In this document: positions 18,851-30,153 of the stretch, piece by piece
Position numbering within the stretch: the first letter of the stretch is position 1
Layout: each line of letters opens with the position of its first letter
DNA from: Bacteroidota bacterium
GTDB lineage: Bacteria; Bacteroidota; Ignavibacteria; Kapaibacteriales; UBA2268
Length of the DNA: 64,000 bases
Reading direction: 5' to 3'
Assembly: GCA_040264895.1 (NCBI GenBank)
Contig: JBDQHL010000002.1
Location: 12,342-76,341, forward strand
The notes under the pieces: generated by a model
Databases searched by the model: none
Told to the model about the DNA's origin: nothing
What the model saw: only the letters and a program-made list of their open reading frames with translations
Translations under genes and position numbers: made by a program

Positions 18851-20215
18851 TTACAATATATACTTACTCAAGTCAGTACTTGTAGCAATCTCGTCCAGAT
18901 GGTCTTTAACAAACTTCTCATCTATCGATAGCTCTGCTTCATCTAAGTCAGCAGGTGCATTGTATAGTATTTCCTCGAGCAATGTAGTGAGTATAGTGTG
19001 CAATCGTCGTGCACCTATATTTGTTATTTCCTCATTCACATCAGCTGCCGTCTTTGCTATTTGGCGAATACCGCTCTCATCAAATTCTAACTGCACGCCT
19101 TCTGTTTCTAACAATGCTTGGTACTGCTTTATCAGTGCATTCTTCGGTATTGTCAATATCTTAACAAAGTCATCTTCGGTAAGTGAGTTTAGTTCTACCC
19201 TAATTGGGAAACGTCCCTGCAATTCAGGAATCAAATCCGATGGTTTAGACACATGGAATGCACCCGAAGCTATGAACAATATGTGGTCAGTATGCACTAT
19301 ACCATGCTTTGTGTTTACAGACGAACCCTCGACTATTGGGAGCAAATCACGCTGTACACCTTCACGCGACACCTCACCGCCACCAGACTTCGAATTGTTT
19401 ACGGCTACCTTGTCAATCTCATCTATGAATACTATACCTGAGTTCTGTGTGCGAGCCAGCGCATCTTTCACAACGGCATCCATATCTATTAACTTATCTG
19501 CTTCTTCTTTTATTAAAAGTGGAAGAGCATCTTTGATTTTTATCTTTCGTTTCTTGCGTTTTTTGGGCATCATATTGCCGAGCATTTCTTGTATGTTTAT
19601 GCCCATATCGTCCATACCCATTGGCCCCATTACTGCCATCCCCGATGGACCTTGTTGAGTCAGTTCTAACTCAATGTCACGATCATCCATAACGCCATTT
19701 TTCAGCATAGCACGGAATTTTTCGCGAGTGTCTTTGTTGTCTTCTTCCTCTGCATCATCATCTTTCACAGGTGGAATAAGTATGTCTAATATTCTATCTT
19801 CGGCGTTCTTCTCTGCCTTAGTTTTTATCTTTTCTTCTTGCTCTTCTTTCACCATTTTCACAGCTGATTCCATCAGGTCACGAATCATAGATTCTACGTC
19901 ACGACCAACGTAGCCAACTTCGGTGAACTTTGTAGCCTCTACTTTAATGAATGGAGCGCCTGCAAGGCGAGCCAATCTACGTGCTATCTCTGTTTTACCA
20001 ACACCAGTTGGACCGATAAGTATAATGTTATTAGGCATTATCTCATCGCGGATTTCCGTTTGTACATTTTGGCGACGCCATCTATTACGAAGAGCAATTG
20101 CAACAGCTTTTTTAGCGTTGTCTTGCCCTATTATATATTTATTAAGTTCTGTGACTATCTGCTTGGGAGTTAATATATCCTGCGGTATAGCCAGTTTTGG
20201 TTCGTTGTTGCTCAT
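18851..20215 (-). CDS. hslU: ATP-dependent protease ATPase subunit HslU
   Basis: 454 aa with Walker [16 protein letters not shown], the I-domain, and the C-terminal DLSKYIL. Confidence 0.95.
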   Translation of the reverse strand: MSNNEPKLAIPQDILTPKQIVTELNKYIIGQDNAKKAVAIALRNRWRRQNVQTEIRDEIMPNNIILIGPTGVGKTEIARRLARLAGAPFIKVEATKFTEVGYVGRDVESMIRDLMESAVKMVKEEQEEKIKTKAEKNAEDRILDILIPPVKDDDAEEEDNKDTREKFRAMLKNGVMDDRDIELELTQQGPSGMAVMGPMGMDDMGINIQEMLGNMMPKKRKKRKIKIKDALPLLIKEEADKLIDMDAVVKDALARTQNSGIVFIDEIDKVAVNNSKSGGGEVSREGVQRDLLPIVEGSSVNTKHGIVHTDHILFIASGAFHVSKPSDLIPELQGRFPIRVELNSLTEDDFVKILTIPKNALIKQYQALLETEGVQLEFDESGIRQIAKTAADVNEEITNIGARRLHTILTTLLEEILYNAPADLDEAELSIDEKFVKDHLDEIATSTDLSKYIL

Positions 20216-20224
20216 TTTTCTCTC

Positions 20225-20767
20225 TTATATTTCTTCTATCGTTAGGTTAGTGTTGGTGTATATACAGATCTCACCAGCTATATTCAGTCCGTTTTCTACT
20301 ATCTCTTTTGCACTCATATCCGTGTTGTTGTATAGTGCTCTGGCAGCCGATAGTGCGTAAGGTCCACCCGAACCAATAGCTAATATGTTGTCATCAGCTT
20401 CTATCACATCGCCAGTTCCGCTTAGTAGCAACCCTTGTGTATCATCCATAGCAATCATCATTGCTTCCAATTTTCTTAGGTATCTGTCCGTTCTCCAGTC
20501 CTTAGCCAGCTCAATTGCTGCACGCTTTAAGTTACCGCTGTGAGTTTCCAGTTTCGATTCGAACCTACCCAATAATGTGAAAGCATCTGCAGTAGAGCCC
20601 GCGAAGCCTACCATTACTTTTCCGTTGTAAAGCTTTCTTATCTTTGCTGTGCTATGCTTCATTATTGTATTGCCAAGCGTTACCTGACCGTCAGCACCGA
20701 GTGCAGTCTTTCCGTTGCGTACTACACCGAGCACGGTGGTCGATCTTATTTTTTTGTCATCGTTCAT
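20225..20767 (-). CDS. hslV: ATP-dependent protease peptidase subunit HslV
   Basis: 180 aa with the [12 protein letters not shown]-terminal Thr nucleophile context; adjacent to hslU. Confidence 0.95.
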   Translation of the reverse strand: MNDDKKIRSTTVLGVVRNGKTALGADGQVTLGNTIMKHSTAKIRKLYNGKVMVGFAGSTADAFTLLGRFESKLETHSGNLKRAAIELAKDWRTDRYLRKLEAMMIAMDDTQGLLLSGTGDVIEADDNILAIGSGGPYALSAARALYNNTDMSAKEIVENGLNIAGEICIYTNTNLTIEEI

Positions 20768-20871
20768 CGTTTTCTATTTCTATTTTTAATCTATAAAATA
20801 TTCTATTTTTTAACAGAAGTTATTAGACGAGTGTGCAAGCTATTTGTTTAGAATGGGCGTGAAAAAAGTTG

Positions 20872-20883
20872 TGGGGGGGGGGG
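20872..20883. repeat. G12 homopolymer tract in the hslV/groES divergent intergenic region
   Basis: Direct read: t-gggggggggggg-att. Confidence 0.9.
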
Positions 20884-20956
20884 ATTAATACTTTACACTT
20901 ATTTCACACTTTTCCACACTCCCATACAACAAATTAGAGTACAATTCGTATTTTTG

Positions 20957-20983
20957 TTAGCACTCTAATTGTAAGAGTGCTAA
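20957..20983 (+). promoter_or_regulatory. CIRCE operator (HrcA binding site) upstream of groES
   Basis: TTAGCACTC-taattgtaa-GAGTGCTAA is a perfect match to the CIRCE consensus TTAGCACTC-N9-GAGTGCTAA, 57 nt upstream of the groES ATG. Confidence 0.9.
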
Positions 20984-21039
20984 TAGTTTTTAAAATCAAT
21001 TTTTTAATATATTTAATAAGTTAATCGGAGGTTGTTAAA

Positions 21040-21327
21040 ATGGCTTTAACTCCATTGCACGACAGGGTGTTAGTTCGCCCACAAGCACCAGAAGAAAAAA
21101 CAGCTGGTGGAATTATTATACCAGATACTGCAAAAGAAAAACCACAAGAAGGTGTGGTAGTAGCAGTTGGTAACGGTAAAGTAAACGAAGAAGGTAAAGT
21201 ATTGCCTTTGGCTGTGAAAGAAGGAGACAAAGTACTATACGGCAAGTATGGCGGCACTGAAATCAGTGTTGACGGCGAGGACTTACTTATCATGCGTGAG
21301 AGTGACATCTACGCAGTTATTTCATAA
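21040..21327 (+). CDS. groES: co-chaperonin GroES
   Basis: 95 aa, [12 protein letters not shown]...[16 protein letters not shown], with a GGAGG SD. Confidence 0.95.
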   Translation: MALTPLHDRVLVRPQAPEEKTAGGIIIPDTAKEKPQEGVVVAVGNGKVNEEGKVLPLAVKEGDKVLYGKYGGTEISVDGEDLLIMRESDIYAVIS

Positions 21328-21344
21328 TTTTAATTAGAATATAA

Positions 21345-23006
<1,662 letters not shown>

Positions 23007-23080
23007 TTCAGACACAACAGCTCTGAACTTGGTCACTGAGCATGTCGATGTGCCCAAAATTCAACCCCAAAACATACAAA

Positions 23081-23110
23081 CCCACTATCATTTCGGTAGA
23101 GGGTTTTTTT
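23081..23110 (+). terminator. candidate rho-independent terminator of groESL
   Basis: CCCACTA...TAGAGGG stem (one mismatch) followed by T7. Confidence 0.55.
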
Positions 23111-23200
23111 GTTGACTATTCTTTACCATTATCAAAAACTCAAAACCTTATTTATTCGTATCTTTGTATAAATTTAGAATAACAAAAAGACAGAAAAGAT

Positions 23201-23962
23201 ATGAATCCGAATGGCGATGTAAACATACAAATTGAAAACAACATAGCTACAATTGAATTTTATCATCCATCGAGCAATGCCTTACCTGGCAATGTGCTAA
23301 GAAAACTAGCAGAAACAATAGATGAAGCTGGTAACAATGATGACGTTAGAGTCATTGTCCTTAAATCAGGTGGTGACAGAGCATTCTGTGCTGGTGCTTC
23401 GTTCGATGAATTAATTGCAATAACAGATTACCCAACTGGAAAAAATTTCTTCATGGGATTCGCCTTAGTTATAAACGCTATTCGCAAATGTCCTAAATTC
23501 GTTATCGCAAGAGTGCAAGGAAAAGCCGTTGGTGGTGGTGTAGGAGTTCTTTCTGCTGCTGACTATACATTGGCTACAAAATACTCTTCAGTCAAACTGA
23601 GTGAGCTTGCTTTGGGTATTGGACCATTTGTTATTGGCCCAGCAGTTGAGCGTAAGGTTGGTAAATCAGCATTTTCACAGATGTCTATTGACTATGATTG
23701 GTATGATGCTGAGTGGGCTAAAAACAGAGGATTCTACGCAGAAGTCTACGATGATATTGAAGCATTAGACAAAGCCGTTGCAGAATTCGCTACTAAGATG
23801 GCGGGCAATAGCCCAGATGCTATGGCAGAGCATAAGAAAGTAACTTGGGCTGGCACTGAAGATTGGGATAAATTATTAGAAAGTAGAGCTGAGATCAGCG
23901 GAAGGTTAGTGCTATCTGATTTTACAAAAAATTACATTAAACAATTTAAAGAAAAGAAATAA
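23201..23962 (+). CDS. enoyl-CoA hydratase/isomerase (crotonase) family protein
   Basis: VIVLKSGGDRAFCAGASFDEL and ARVQGKAVGGGVGV crotonase motifs. Confidence 0.85.
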   Translation: MNPNGDVNIQIENNIATIEFYHPSSNALPGNVLRKLAETIDEAGNNDDVRVIVLKSGGDRAFCAGASFDELIAITDYPTGKNFFMGFALVINAIRKCPKFVIARVQGKAVGGGVGVLSAADYTLATKYSSVKLSELALGIGPFVIGPAVERKVGKSAFSQMSIDYDWYDAEWAKNRGFYAEVYDDIEALDKAVAEFATKMAGNSPDAMAEHKKVTWAGTEDWDKLLESRAEISGRLVLSDFTKNYIKQFKEKK

Positions 23963-24624
23963 TGTACCTCTTCTTCGATACTGAGACAAGTGGTTTACCC
24001 AAAAACTATGATGCACCGATTTCTGATTTGGAGAATTGGCCATACATAGTACAAATTGCATGGTTAGAGCAAGATAAATACGGTAATGACATATCCACTG
24101 GTAACTACTATGTAACTCCATCTGGGTTTGACATTAGTCCTGATTCTGAGAAAATACACCGTATTAGTAAAGAAAAAGCAACGGATTTGGGCTACCCAAT
24201 TACAGACGTGTTAGAAGTTTTCATTGCTATAATTAAGAAATCGCAATTCATAGTAGCTCACAATGTTGAGTTTGACTACAATGTACTTAGTGCAGAGTTT
24301 GCACGCCATTACATAAAAAGTGACATAGCCGAGAAGAAGAAGATTTGTACTATGCAAGAAACGATAGAGTTTTGCAACTTGCCTGGCAGCAATGGTTTGA
24401 AATATCCCCGTTTGTCGGAACTTTACTACAAGCTATTTGCCAAAAATTTTGATAATGCTCATGACGCCAAAGCGGACATAGATGCAACTGCAGAAGCTTT
24501 TTGGGCGCTGAAGCAACGCGGTGTTATCGATGAATTCAACCTGAGAACTGAACAAATAATTGGGGTTAAAAAGAAGCAAGAAGAAGAAACAGACGATGAT
24601 GATTCGAGTATGTCGTTGTTTTAA
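23962..24624 (+). CDS. DEDDh 3'-5' exonuclease (DnaQ/epsilon-like) with an acidic tail
   Basis: FFDTETSGLP (ExoI), AHNVEFDYNVL (ExoII) and HDAKADIDATAEAF (ExoIII). Confidence 0.8.
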   Translation: MYLFFDTETSGLPKNYDAPISDLENWPYIVQIAWLEQDKYGNDISTGNYYVTPSGFDISPDSEKIHRISKEKATDLGYPITDVLEVFIAIIKKSQFIVAHNVEFDYNVLSAEFARHYIKSDIAEKKKICTMQETIEFCNLPGSNGLKYPRLSELYYKLFAKNFDNAHDAKADIDATAEAFWALKQRGVIDEFNLRTEQIIGVKKKQEEETDDDDSSMSLF

Positions 24625-24637
24625 TAGTAGATTTATT

Positions 24638-24862
24638 CTAACCACTCTCATCTAGTATTTCTAAATCACTTCCTGAGATTGAATCCTTTTTAACCTTCTT
24701 ACTTTGGTTTTTCCTCAGAAATTCTTGTTGTGCAGGCGTAAAAAGATTTTCTTTATCAATATAATTATTAATAACTTTTATAACAGATAGTAAGAACTCT
24801 TCATCGTCAGTATCTTTAACTATACTTATAATTTCTTCCTTTATTCTATCTACTTCAGTCAT
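24638..24862 (-). CDS. hypothetical small protein
   Basis: 74-aa ORF convergent with the exonuclease gene; no family recognised. Confidence 0.4.
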   Translation of the reverse strand: MTEVDRIKEEIISIVKDTDDEEFLLSVIKVINNYIDKENLFTPAQQEFLRKNQSKKVKKDSISGSDLEILDESG

Positions 24863-24949
24863 TATAATTCCTTACATTAATGAATTAAAATATTAGTTTT
24901 GTATTCTAATATAACAAAATATCTGAATATATAAACGTATTATAAAATT

Positions 24950-26122
24950 ATGGCAAGAATAGCAATAGGTTTATCAGGCGGGGTTGACTCTGCAGTATCA
25001 GCGCACTTACTTAAAGAGCAAGGGCATGATGTTATTGCAATGTTTATGCAAAATTGGGATGACCCAACTGGCACACTTCGAGGTGATTGTGAGTGGGAAG
25101 AAGACTTTGAAATTGCTCAGCTGGTTGCACGCCATTTAGATATACCTATTCACCATATTAATCTAAGCAATGAGTACAAATCGCGTGTAGCTGATTATAT
25201 GTTTGCAGAATACGAAGCTGGCAGAACACCCAATCCAGATGTACTTTGCAATCGAGAGATAAAGTGGGATGTCTTCCTAAAGGCAGCACTCGAATACGAT
25301 GTAGATTTGGTAGCAACTGGACACTACTGCCAAAAAGATGAGGTGGATGGTCAATATCGTTTGCTAATGGGTAAGGATAGCAATAAAGATCAGAGCTACT
25401 TCCTGTGTCAGCTTGACCAAGAAATGCTTCGCTATGCACACTTCCCTATTGGTGGACTTTCGAAACCAGAAGTTAGAGAAATAGCCAAGTCGCTAAAATT
25501 ACCAAATTATGATAAAAAGGACTCGCAAGGTCTATGCTTTATCGGTAAGATTGACCTGCCTACGTTCTTAAAACAAAAGTTAGAACCCAAGCGAGGCGAC
25601 GTAATTGAGATTCCTGACAAAGAGCACAATTGGAACATAGGTGAAAACCTATTAGACCAATGTATGCTCGATGAAGTCTGCTATCCAGTTCCTATGTGGG
25701 CTAGCGATGGCCATAAATTAGGACAACATGATGGTGCTCATTTCTTCACTGTAGGGCAAAGACGTGGACTTGCAATAGGTGGAACTAAGTTGCCTCTATT
25801 CGTAATAGGAACCGATGTTAAAAATAATATAATATACACTGGACAAGGCGAAAACCACTATGCACTAAATCGTCCTGGCATTCACATTAAGGCTAGCGAA
25901 GTACATTGGGTTCGTCCATCGCAAGAGATGAAAATAGACGAAATTCGCGAATACGATGTTAAAATTCGTTACCGACAACCCAATCAAAAAGCAAAACTAA
26001 TCCGTAAGGAAAACGGTGTATATATTATATTCGATGAGCTACAGAAAGGAGTTGCAGTAGGTCAATTCGCTGTTTGGTATGATGGTGATGAGCTTATTGG
26101 CTCAGGGGTTATCTTCGCATAA
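24950..26122 (+). CDS. mnmA: tRNA 2-thiouridine(34) synthase MnmA
   Basis: PP-loop GLSGGVDSAV, catalytic-Cys context NPDVLCNREIKW, and DSQGLCFIG. Confidence 0.92.
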   Translation: MARIAIGLSGGVDSAVSAHLLKEQGHDVIAMFMQNWDDPTGTLRGDCEWEEDFEIAQLVARHLDIPIHHINLSNEYKSRVADYMFAEYEAGRTPNPDVLCNREIKWDVFLKAALEYDVDLVATGHYCQKDEVDGQYRLLMGKDSNKDQSYFLCQLDQEMLRYAHFPIGGLSKPEVREIAKSLKLPNYDKKDSQGLCFIGKIDLPTFLKQKLEPKRGDVIEIPDKEHNWNIGENLLDQCMLDEVCYPVPMWASDGHKLGQHDGAHFFTVGQRRGLAIGGTKLPLFVIGTDVKNNIIYTGQGENHYALNRPGIHIKASEVHWVRPSQEMKIDEIREYDVKIRYRQPNQKAKLIRKENGVYIIFDELQKGVAVGQFAVWYDGDELIGSGVIFA

Positions 26123-26211
26123 TTGCCTTACTCTTTTATTCTGATTTTTATAATGCTTAAGTTTGTAAGTGAACAATCCCACAAGTTGGGATTTTTCTAT
26201 TTTAATTATAT

Positions 26212-26820
26212 ATGAGTGTGGTTATGGAAGGACTTTCAGCGTCAATTTGGTCATCGGCAGTAGTACTATTTTTCCTAATGGATCCATTGGGCAATGTGCC
26301 TGTTGTCCTGTCCGTACTCAAAGACATAGACCCCAAGCGACAAAGAGTAATAATTGCAAGGGAACTACTAATAGCATTATTCATATTGCTTATATTTCTA
26401 TTTCTCGGCAAACCAATGCTCAACTTCCTACATCTGCAACAAGAAGCTGTTACAATCTCTGGTGGAATAATACTTTTGATAATAGGACTAAGGATGATAT
26501 TCCCATCTCCCGAAGGTATAGTTGGTCAGCAACCAGAAGGAGAACCGTTCATAGTACCACTGGCTATACCACTAATAGCTGGCCCATCCGTATTGGCAAT
26601 GCTTATACTGATGACTCAGAATGGACCAAACAAAATGACTGATTGGCTTTTTGCGTTGCTAATAGCATGGGGACTTTCAGCTGTAATTCTAATAGCAGCA
26701 CCTTTCTTACTCAAGCTTTTGCGTCGCCGTGGACTAACTGCCCTAGAAAGACTAATGGGTATGATATTGGTAATGATATCAGTACAAATGCTTATAAATG
26801 GACTTAAATTAGTTACATAA
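26212..26820 (+). CDS. MarC family (UPF0056) integral membrane protein
   Basis: FFLMDPLGNVPVVLSVL signature and six hydrophobic segments. Confidence 0.85.
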   Translation: MSVVMEGLSASIWSSAVVLFFLMDPLGNVPVVLSVLKDIDPKRQRVIIARELLIALFILLIFLFLGKPMLNFLHLQQEAVTISGGIILLIIGLRMIFPSPEGIVGQQPEGEPFIVPLAIPLIAGPSVLAMLILMTQNGPNKMTDWLFALLIAWGLSAVILIAAPFLLKLLRRRGLTALERLMGMILVMISVQMLINGLKLVT

Positions 26821-26850
26821 AAAAAGCCCAACTAGTACTAGCTGGGCTTG
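26820..26850. terminator. hairpin terminator between convergent genes
   Basis: AAGCCCA-A-CTAGTACTAG-C-TGGGCTT, with an A-run on the plus strand that reads as a T-run on the minus strand. Confidence 0.6.
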
Positions 26851-26869
26851 GTAAAAGATTGTTAGAATT

Positions 26870-27969
26870 TTACTTAATTTTGGTAAGGATGATAAAAGAT
26901 TCTGTTGTTACATCAAAGTCGTCATCTTCTTTTTTCATTTGCAAATCAAAAGTTCCACTGGAAGATGTCTCGAATATGCCTTCTATCGTAACTCTTGCGT
27001 TAAACCCATTGTAAAATTGAAAGTCCTCTATAAATTCATTAGAGTTAATTACTTGCTTATAATCTAAATTATCGTCAAACGCCTCTATCATAACAACACC
27101 TGACGATGGTAAACCGTTTAATCTTATTGAAGGTCTTCTCTCCGTTCCAGTTGGAGCGAGTATCAAAATCCCCTTAATTTTATATACACTATTCGCATCA
27201 AGAGTAGCTGTAATATCAGTGATATTTACATAAGTTGTTGTACTTACCGTCTGGTCAGATGACTTGGTTAATACCGTTACCTCTGGCAGTCTGCGCCACC
27301 GCCGCCGCCACCAGTGATTATCTTACCAGTGTTATCTAGTTGTATATTTTGTGTGCCGCCGCCAGCTAAACCGGGCATAGTAATGCCAGTTGTTTTAGCT
27401 TCTAATGCAGTAGCGCCATCTATTGCTATCACTCCCTTGTTATTAACTTCATCATAACTAAGAGTCATTTCCGTACCACCAGTCATACCACCATCTGGCC
27501 CTACGTGAAGTGTATTACTCCCTACGTAAGCATCTTCCCACCTATTATCATCTTGACCAAGTGAGCTACTAGTGCTTGGTGGGCTGAAGTCCCCAGAATT
27601 ATTAAAGACAGTCGTGCTACCTTGCATCATCAATAGTTGGTCAACTCTCTGTTGTGAAAACAAAGTGCCACCAACATATATATCTACGACCACATTCGTA
27701 TTTATAGAGCTAGCACTAACGCTAGACAAATCTCCATTTGCACCAAGATGGTCAGCTAGTTCTACTATTACTATGCCATTATCATTGGGCGTCAAATTAT
27801 TGGTTTCACTTATGAAAAGTGTTGAGTTAGTAGAATAGTCTTTAATTTCAGCTCTCACACTTTGTGAAGAAGTATTTGTAGTGTAATAAGCAACCTTAAT
27901 AGGTTCTAATGATAGTGATGTAGATACTGAAAACAATATAGTTATAACTATTAGTAAAAGCTTTTTCAT
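26870..27969 (-). pseudogene. secreted tail-fibre-like protein split by a frameshift next to a GGC/GGT tract
   Basis: The 230-aa ORF (signal peptide; LGQDDNRWEDAYVGSNTLHVG) ends GGGGGGADCQR-TAA at 27277. A second frame is open from about 27322 down to 26870 (EVTVLTKSSDQTVSTTTYVNITDITATLDANSVYKIKG...) and has no ATG/GTG before the TTG at 27166. Confidence 0.5.
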
Positions 27970-28128
27970 AAATCCTCATAATTAACTTCAAATATTATGA
28001 CGGAAATAAGCAATTTGTATATTTTTCACAAGAACTACATAAACTGAAACTTTATACAAATACTATATTTTTAAATTAGTCTCACTTATTTCTTAGTTTC
28101 GAAATACTAAAAATTAACAATCACAATT

Positions 28129-29391
28129 ATGACAAAATCAGCCGAAGAAGCAGTAAAGCATATAAAAAGTAATGACAATGTTTTCATTCATTCAGCTACT
28201 GCAGTTCCTACTTTGTTAGTAAATGCAATGAGCGAACGACACAGTGAACTAAAGGATGTAAGTATCTACCAAATCCACACCGAAGGACCTGCGCCTTATT
28301 GTAATCAAGGTATGGAGGATTCATTCCTTGTTAAGGCAATGTTTGTTGGCTCTAACACACGTAGTTCTATACGAAGCGGAAGAAATAGCTATATACCTAT
28401 TTTTCTAAGTGAAGCTCCAAAACTCTTTAGAAAAGGGACTATTCCAATCGACGTTGCTTTGATTACTGTTTCCCCACCGGACAGACACGGCTTTTGTTCT
28501 CTTGGTACATCAGTAGATATTTCTTTAGCAGCAGTCGAATCAGCAAAATTCGTAATTGCCCAGGTTAATGATAAGATGCCAAGAACTCATGGCGATGGAA
28601 TTATTCACGTAAATGATATTGACATACAAGTAGAAGGTAATAGGGATATATATGAAATTCATTATTCAGAACTTTCTGATGAGAACAAATCAATAGGAAG
28701 AAATATAGCAGAATTGATTGATGACGGCTCCACATTACAAATGGGTATAGGGGCTATCCCAAATGCAGTATTATCTTTCTTAGGTAACCATAAAAATCTT
28801 GGAATTCATTCTGAAATGTTCTCTGATGGAATATTGCCATTAGTTGAGAATGGAGTGATTAATGGAATTCACAAAAAGAAGCACCCAGGCAAAATTGTAT
28901 CTTCGTTTGTGGTTGGCAGCAAAAAGCTCTATGACTTTATTGATGACAATCCTGTTTTACATATGTTGGATTCTGATTATGTCAATAGCCCAAACGTAAT
29001 TCAAAAAAATCCAAAAGTAGTAGCAATCAATAGTGCTATCGAGATTGATTTAACTGGTCAGGTATGTGCTGACTCAATAGGTTCAAAAATTTATTCTGGT
29101 GTTGGTGGGCAAATGGATTTCATCCGTGGTGCTTCACTTTCAGAAGGCGGTAAACCTATAATCGCTCTGAGCTCAGTTACTAAAACAGGAGAATCTAAGA
29201 TTGTGCCTTTCTTAAAACAGGGTGCAGGTGTGGTTACCACAAGAGCCCACATACACTATGTAGTTACCGAATATGGTGTAGCTAACTTGTATGGTAAAAC
29301 TATTGACGAAAGAATAAATGAGTTGATTGGAATCGCTCACCCAATGCACAGGGAAGAACTTGAAAAGTCGAAAAAGCTATTGTTTTGTTAA
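28129..29391 (+). CDS. acetyl-CoA hydrolase/transferase family protein (4-hydroxybutyrate CoA-transferase-like)
   Basis: 420 aa with LQMGIGAIPNAV, SEMFSDG and GVGGQMDF motifs. Confidence 0.88.
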   Translation: MTKSAEEAVKHIKSNDNVFIHSATAVPTLLVNAMSERHSELKDVSIYQIHTEGPAPYCNQGMEDSFLVKAMFVGSNTRSSIRSGRNSYIPIFLSEAPKLFRKGTIPIDVALITVSPPDRHGFCSLGTSVDISLAAVESAKFVIAQVNDKMPRTHGDGIIHVNDIDIQVEGNRDIYEIHYSELSDENKSIGRNIAELIDDGSTLQMGIGAIPNAVLSFLGNHKNLGIHSEMFSDGILPLVENGVINGIHKKKHPGKIVSSFVVGSKKLYDFIDDNPVLHMLDSDYVNSPNVIQKNPKVVAINSAIEIDLTGQVCADSIGSKIYSGVGGQMDFIRGASLSEGGKPIIALSSVTKTGESKIVPFLKQGAGVVTTRAHIHYVVTEYGVANLYGKTIDERINELIGIAHPMHREELEKSKKLLFC

Positions 29392-29402
29392 TTGGGTTTA
29401 TT

Positions 29403-30092
29403 TTAAGCTACCACACAGTGGTAAATATAAGATACACCAAAGAATTGAGGATAACCCTTTACACTTTTAAATCTATCAGTACTCATTAAAAGATCAACAA
29501 ACTCCTTTCCATAAGGAAAGTTATCAATAGTTGTTGGCAGATAAGTATAAGCATCTTCATTATTAATAAGTATTTTACCAAGCTTTGGCATTAATCTTCT
29601 GCTATAAAACTCATAGATTGATTTTAAAAAACCATTAGGTTTTCCGGTTTCTAAAATCATTAACTTTCCACCTGGCTTAGTTACTCTAGTTAGCTCTGCT
29701 AGACCACGATGTAGGTCGTCAACATTTCTGATACCAAATGATATACTAACAATGTCAAATGTATTATCATCATAATGAAGATTCATAATGTCGGCTAATT
29801 CTGCCTCTACTGTAACGTCTTTCTTAAAAGCTTTCATTGGTAATTTTTTGAGCATATCAGAACAAAAGTCTGTTGCCAAAACTTTACCTTCTTTACCGGT
29901 TACTTTTTTGAATTCAATAGCCAAATCACCTGTACCCGAAGCAGTATCTAAAATATTGTCATCTGACTTTGCACCAGATAGCTTTACCAATCTCTTACGC
30001 CACAAATGATGCAAACCGAATGACATTACATTATTCATGTAGTCGTAGTCATTAGATAAATTAGCGAACATATTTTTTACTTCTTCACTCAT
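29403..30092 (-). CDS. ubiE: demethylmenaquinone/ubiquinone C-methyltransferase
   Basis: MFANLSNDYDYMNNVMSFGLHHLWRKRL and LDTASGTGDLAIEF. Confidence 0.88.
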   Translation of the reverse strand: MSEEVKNMFANLSNDYDYMNNVMSFGLHHLWRKRLVKLSGAKSDDNILDTASGTGDLAIEFKKVTGKEGKVLATDFCSDMLKKLPMKAFKKDVTVEAELADIMNLHYDDNTFDIVSISFGIRNVDDLHRGLAELTRVTKPGGKLMILETGKPNGFLKSIYEFYSRRLMPKLGKILINNEDAYTYLPTTIDNFPYGKEFVDLLMSTDRFKSVKGYPQFFGVSYIYHCVVA

Positions 30093-30153
30093 TGCTATAT
30101 CAGATTATTTTATTACTTTTATCAAACCTTTCACTCACAAATATAATATATAT

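Noticed and set aside
18679-18885. A 68-aa ORF between the K+ channel gene and hslU.
   Set aside because: It lies entirely within the mosaic hairpin repeat cluster and is a translated repeat.
18960-19658. A long antisense ORF (232 aa) inside hslU. Similar cases occur inside murA (57486-58079), the SulP gene (52882-53259, 53272-53709), the rhlE-like helicase, the kinase and the VIT1 gene.
   Set aside because: These are shadow ORFs opposite strongly conserved genes, with Ser/Ile/Phe-rich low-complexity translations and no motifs.
26169-26642. A 157-aa ORF overlapping the MarC gene in another frame.
   Set aside because: The MarC frame (26212-26820) has the family signature and TM pattern, whereas the alternative translation is Arg/Thr/Ser-rich noise.
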